Source: Eledone cirrhosa (lineage: Eukaryota). Taken from it: 50,891 bases of DNA. The notes beneath the pieces are model-generated. The model was not told the DNA's origin. It did not search any database and saw nothing but the letters and a program-made list of their open reading frames with translations. Location of the stretch: positions 1-50,891 of the forward strand of contig CAXHJY010000884.1 in the NCBI GenBank assembly GCA_964016885.1, written 5' to 3'. Shown here one piece after another: positions 45,207-50,891 of the stretch (position 1 is its first letter; each line of letters opens with the position of its first letter). The translations under genes were made by a program, and so were the position numbers.

Positions 45207-45389
45207 CGAAGGAAATGTGGTAAGGAACCAGGTGAACCATAACGCACCAAAGTACTCAATATTTAGGGTAGTAGAGTGGGTAATAGGAACAAGTAAGACC
45301 CCGACGGCTGAGCTCAAGCCGTTTCGACGGCTAATTCCAGAATTAGCCGTCGAAACGGCTTGAGCTCAGCCGTCGGGGTCTTACTTGTT

Positions 45390-45394
<5 letters not shown>
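45205..45394 (-). mobile_element. Penelope-like pLTR derivative with perfect 55-bp fold-back (family P3)
   Basis: Arms 45283-45337 / 45340-45394 with no mismatch; diverged homologue of 44688-44865; (TA)n on both sides. Confidence 0.68.
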
Positions 45395-45424
<30 letters not shown>

Positions 45425-45426
<2 letters not shown>

Positions 45427-45640
45427 TCATCACCGTTTTACGTCCGTTCTTCCACGCTAGTATGGGTTAGACGAGTTGTCCTGTTGTGGGCAGTGTCTAG
45501 TCGGCTGACCTTGTCATGCTCATACGGGAACTGATTCTGGCTTGATTTCTATAGCTGGATGCTCTTCCTAACACCAACCTCATTTACAGGTAGTGCTGGG
45601 TGCTTTTTTGCCGTGGAACCTACACGACCACATTGCAGTC
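45425..45640 (-). mobile_element. SINE 3' portion with (GAT)n-type tail
   Basis: Reverse complement of the 22967-23067 tail plus the TTTCTATAGCTGGATGCTCTTCCTAACACCAACC domain. Confidence 0.7.
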
Positions 45641-45644
45641 ATTT

Positions 45645-45783
45645 CATTTCTACAGTTGAGCAAACTGGAGCAATATGAAATAAAGTGTCTTGCTCAAGGA
45701 AACAACACATCACCCGCTCCGAGTATTGAACTCACAACCTTTCGATTGCAAGCCCAATGCTCTAACCACTAAGCCATGTGCTT
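45645..45783 (-). mobile_element. Family B SINE 5' part
   Basis: Minus strand GCACATGGCTTAGTGGTTAGAGCA (A box), GAGTTCAATAC (B box), TTCCTTGAGCAAGACACTT. Confidence 0.85.
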
Positions 45784-46269
45784 TATACTTATATATATAT
45801 ATATTACATACATGCAGGCATACATATTTATATGTTACATAGAGATCTGTAGAAATTATAATCACTACTGAAAATACATGTTTGTAAATCTTTGCAGATA
45901 TAAGTGTGTGTATATATATATATATGAAGGCATCTACATACGTGTGTGTGTGGGCATGGTATGCCTATATATATATTCACATATGTATTAGTGTGCGCGC
46001 GGGCGTGCGCGTGTGTGACACACAAAAACCAACACACATACATGACATCACATTTCACACACGTCATACACCCCATTACACGCGCAAACATGGCAAACCT
46101 TGAATGACCACCAGAATCACGCACACATACATTGCATTACACACATACCCCCCCCCCCCCACACACACACACACCGACCCTTACAACATTTGACAATCTA
46201 ATTTCTATTTCAGAAAATATCTTCATCTTTGTCAGTCTAAAGGGAGATAGAAATCACAAGAGTCAGTTG

Positions 46270-46277
46270 TATGTATG

Positions 46278-46355
<78 letters not shown>

Positions 46356-46356
46356 T

Positions 46357-46404
<48 letters not shown>

Positions 46405-46535
46405 GCTTTTTGAAGCATATTCTATATTACATATACATACACACATATATATACATATAGATACATATATATACATATACATATATATATACATATACAT
46501 ATACAGACAGATACATATATATTATATATACATAC

Positions 46536-46570
<35 letters not shown>

Positions 46571-46803
46571 ACTATATATATACACATACAACTATATATA
46601 TATATATATATATATACAATTATATATATATATATACATACAACTATATATATACACATACAACTATATATATACACATACAACTATATATATATATATA
46701 TATATATACATACAACTATATATATATATATATATATATATACATACAACTATATAAATATATATATATACATACAACTATATAAATATATATATATACA
46801 TAC

Positions 46804-46856
<53 letters not shown>

Positions 46857-46907
46857 TATATATATATATATATACATACATACAACTATATATATATATA
46901 TACATAC

Positions 46908-46966
<59 letters not shown>

Positions 46967-47089
46967 CAACTATATATATATATATATACAACTATATATA
47001 TATATATATATACATACAACTATATATATATATACATACAACTATATATATATATATATACATACAACTATATATATATATATACATAC

Positions 47090-47130
<41 letters not shown>

Positions 47131-47152
47131 CATACAACTATATATATATATA
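46270..47152. repeat. (TA)n array with CATACAAC spacers
   Basis: Directly visible. Confidence 0.95.
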
Positions 47153-47429
47153 CGGAGGGTGAAGGAGAGTGGTGGTGGGGTGAGAGAGTCAGGCATAAAA
47201 AGATGGAGGTGAAATTACTTTATAGCTCTGCTACACTTTCCTTAAGACTATTAAAAAGAAGTTTAATATAAGGAAGAAGAAAACCAACAAGAAGGCGAAC
47301 GGCATTAGCAACAACAACAACAGCAATACCAATCATAACAACGACGACAATGATGATGATGGTGATGGTGGTGATGAGGATGATGATGATAAAACACCTT
47401 ATCTATCTATCTATCTCTCTCTCTCTATA

Positions 47430-48264
47430 TATTTATATATATATGCATATATATATATATATATATATGCATATACATATACACAAATATATATATACAT
47501 ATACATATATACTTATACACATATACATACACATATACATATACATATACACATATACATATACACATATACATATATATGCATAAACATATATACATAT
47601 ACACATATACATACACATATACATATACATATATACTTATACACATATACATACACATATACATATACATATACACATATACATATACACATATACATAT
47701 ATATGCATAAACATATATACATATACACATATACATATACATATACATATACACATATACATATATATGCATATACATATATACATATACACATATACAT
47801 ATACACACATACATATACACATATATACATATACACATATACATATACATATACACATATACATATATATACATATACACATATATATACATATATATAT
47901 ACATACGCACACACAGTTATATGTTTAAAGCATAATCAGTTGTTTGTGTTAGTGTAAGAAAGGATAAGTAAAAAGTTAAATGGTGGCATGATGTAGCGAG
48001 CAAGACTGATTCTTGTCTTGCTATACATGAATATTAATATGGGGTGGGGATTAATATGGGGTGGGGTGGGGATTAATATGGGGTGGGTGGGGCCGGAGTG
48101 ACACTTTCTGTATTTATTTATTTACATTTTAAACAGTTGAACATTGAAACATTCGAACACTGAAAGACTATCAGTTGACAATCAGATTAAACAATTTGTA
48201 TTGGATTTCACAAACATGAAGCATGGAGATACATCTTGTTACAATCATGGATCTGTGTGTGTAA

Positions 48265-48308
<44 letters not shown>

Positions 48309-48344
48309 TACATACATACACATATATATATATATATACATATA

Positions 48345-48375
<31 letters not shown>

Positions 48376-48952
48376 ACACATATATATATATATATACATA
48401 TACACATATATACATATATATACACACATATATACATATATATACACATATACACAAATACATACACATACACACATATATGCATACACATATATATATA
48501 TACATACACATACATACATATACACATATATATATACATACACATACATACATATACACATATATATATACATACACATATACACATATATACATACACA
48601 TACACATATACACATATATACATACACATATATACATATATATATATATACACATATATATATTACACATACATATATATACATACACATACACACATAT
48701 ATATATACACATACACATATATATATATATATATACACATACATATATATACACATACACATATATATATATATATATACATACACATATATATATATAT
48801 ACATACACATATATATATATACATACTCATATATATATATATATATATATAATACATACACACACACACACATATATATATATACACATACACACACACA
48901 CACATATATATATATACATACACACACACATATATATATATATGTATATATA
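47430..48952. repeat. (CATATA)/(CATACA)n arrays (47430-47910, 48265-48952)
   Basis: Directly visible; a unique island lies between them. Confidence 0.92.
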
Positions 48953-49087
48953 GGGAGGGGGGGGCTCAACACCCCCACGCCCCATGCATAAGCGGAATAT
49001 ACATACGCATGCAGGCATAACACATATGCAAATTATATACTAACTCATGGATGCATATGCTTGTATTCTGACACATGCATGTATGTA

Positions 49088-49133
<46 letters not shown>

Positions 49134-49187
49134 TGGGGAGAAGAAATACTGTATATATTTTATCAAATGATTCTATGGACTTACTTT

Positions 49188-49228
<41 letters not shown>

Positions 49229-49600
49229 CTTACATGCGTGTATATGTGAGAGCGTATGCATGTTTATCTCCTGCTTCACATAGTATTCATACTTCTACTT
49301 CAAGCAGAAAAAGTCTAATTGCAGATTCACACTATTAACATTTTTATCATACAATTTCACTCAATATTATTATTATTATTATTATTACTACTGTTATTAC
49401 TACTGTTATTACTACTGTTATTATTATTATCATTGCTATCGTCGTCGTTGTCTTCCTCATATCCATGTCTCTTCTCTTTGTTTATAATTTTGCGTTTAAA
49501 AACGAAACTAAATCGGTTCCTTTGCGGAATGGTAAATAAATCTCTTACTTTCTGAGTGTTTTCTTTTTCTTCTCTCCTTTGTTTATGTGAGAGTGCGTGA

Positions 49601-49661
<61 letters not shown>

Positions 49662-50073
49662 TATGTGTGTGTGTATGTGTGTGTGTGTGTGTGTGTGTGT
49701 CTGCGTCTGTGTGTGTGTGTGTGTGTGTCTGCGTCTGTGTGTGTGTGTGAGGGGGCAAGGGGGTTGAGCGTGTGATTTGCCAATGTAAAAATATTTTTAC
49801 GAGATTAGATCAGTGAAGCGTGAAGATCAGAAACCAATGAAGTGTGTTGTCGTGACAGATGACTGCACAACTTACATCGTTTAAATTGCAGTAACGTGGA
49901 GATCATACACACACACACACACACATATACACCCCCCCCCACATATACACGACACACACACATGCGCTTTCTCCATTACATGAACTGATATTTACATCGC
50001 GATGTAGTTTGATCTGTATCTTGTAAATATATATATATATAAGCATACGCACACACACACACACATACATATA

Positions 50074-50111
<38 letters not shown>

Positions 50112-50827
50112 TATATAATATATATATATATGTGTGTGTGTGTGTGTATATATGTGTGTGTGTGTGTATGTATATATGTATAGACACATACAAACACATT
50201 TAGTGAGTTTTTGAATGATGGAGATATATCATTGCAAGGGCTAGGCTAATGACACTACAGGTAGGTTGAGAGTGTGTGAGAGGGGGGGGGGTAATTGAGA
50301 AGTGACTGGGGACTGGTAAGAAGAATGGAGGAGAAGGAGGAGGAGAAGACTATGATACTTATATATATATATAGAGAGAGGGGGAGCAAATAACATGTTA
50401 GTTAAAGCGAAAAAGTATGAAGGATAACATGAATGTAGAAAAGAAGGAAAGTAAGAAGAAGAATAAGGAGGAGGAAGAGAAGGAGGAGGAAAAATAATAA
50501 AAATCTTCTTTGATTGCAGTCCAGCAAAAATCACAGATTCAATGAAGCAAACGAAGAAAAACAATCAAAACACACAAAAAAAAAACACACAACAAAAAAA
50601 GGATGAAGTTTTTGGTTTCGTTGAAGAATGGAAAGTTTCCAACATTGAGTGGCTGACTCTTAGAATTAGCGACTGAGAAAACTGCATAGCAGAAGACCAA
50701 ATGACAGCAGAAAATTGTGATAATAAAATAATAAGACTTTTTCTAAAAAAAATGAATGATTGACCAACCAGCCGACAGATCAACCAACCGACCAACTGCA
50801 AATCAAAAAGACAGATGATTGTTCATT

Positions 50828-50829
<2 letters not shown>

Positions 50830-50890
<61 letters not shown>

Positions 50891-50891
50891 A
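50830..50891. repeat. (GA)n microsatellite at window end
   Basis: Directly visible. Confidence 0.97.

Overview
Repeat-saturated, AT-rich eukaryotic non-coding DNA. The SINE types and extreme (TA)n/(CA)n/(GA)n load suggest an octopus/cephalopod genome (inference). No host protein-coding exon can be supported, and nearly all listed ORFs are microsatellite artefacts (YI/HT/VC runs). Recognisable content: a 5'-truncated CR1-group LINE 3' end (2697-3250), three RTE-clade LINE remnants, about 20 copies or fragments of tRNA-derived SINEs (including a cluster of ~9 co-oriented copies at 12.3-14.05 kb), and many mini/microsatellites, including a 5.9-kb (GGT)n-containing minisatellite with an internal ~1.59-kb duplication. 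The most interesting signal is a dispersed set of short elements in or next to (TA)n tracts that carry minimal type I hammerhead ribozyme folds: five complete motifs (475-536, 6827-6896, 6966-7035, 43347-43428, 43740-43811) plus degenerate or half motifs. Six such loci form long fold-back palindromes (37-142-bp arms), and in several the symmetry centre lies in the presumptive hammerhead stem II. Otherwise dissimilar families share a TTGAGTRC motif ~50-75 nt downstream of the predicted cleavage site. These are best interpreted as Penelope-like retroelement pseudo-LTR derivatives with snap-back inverted copies.
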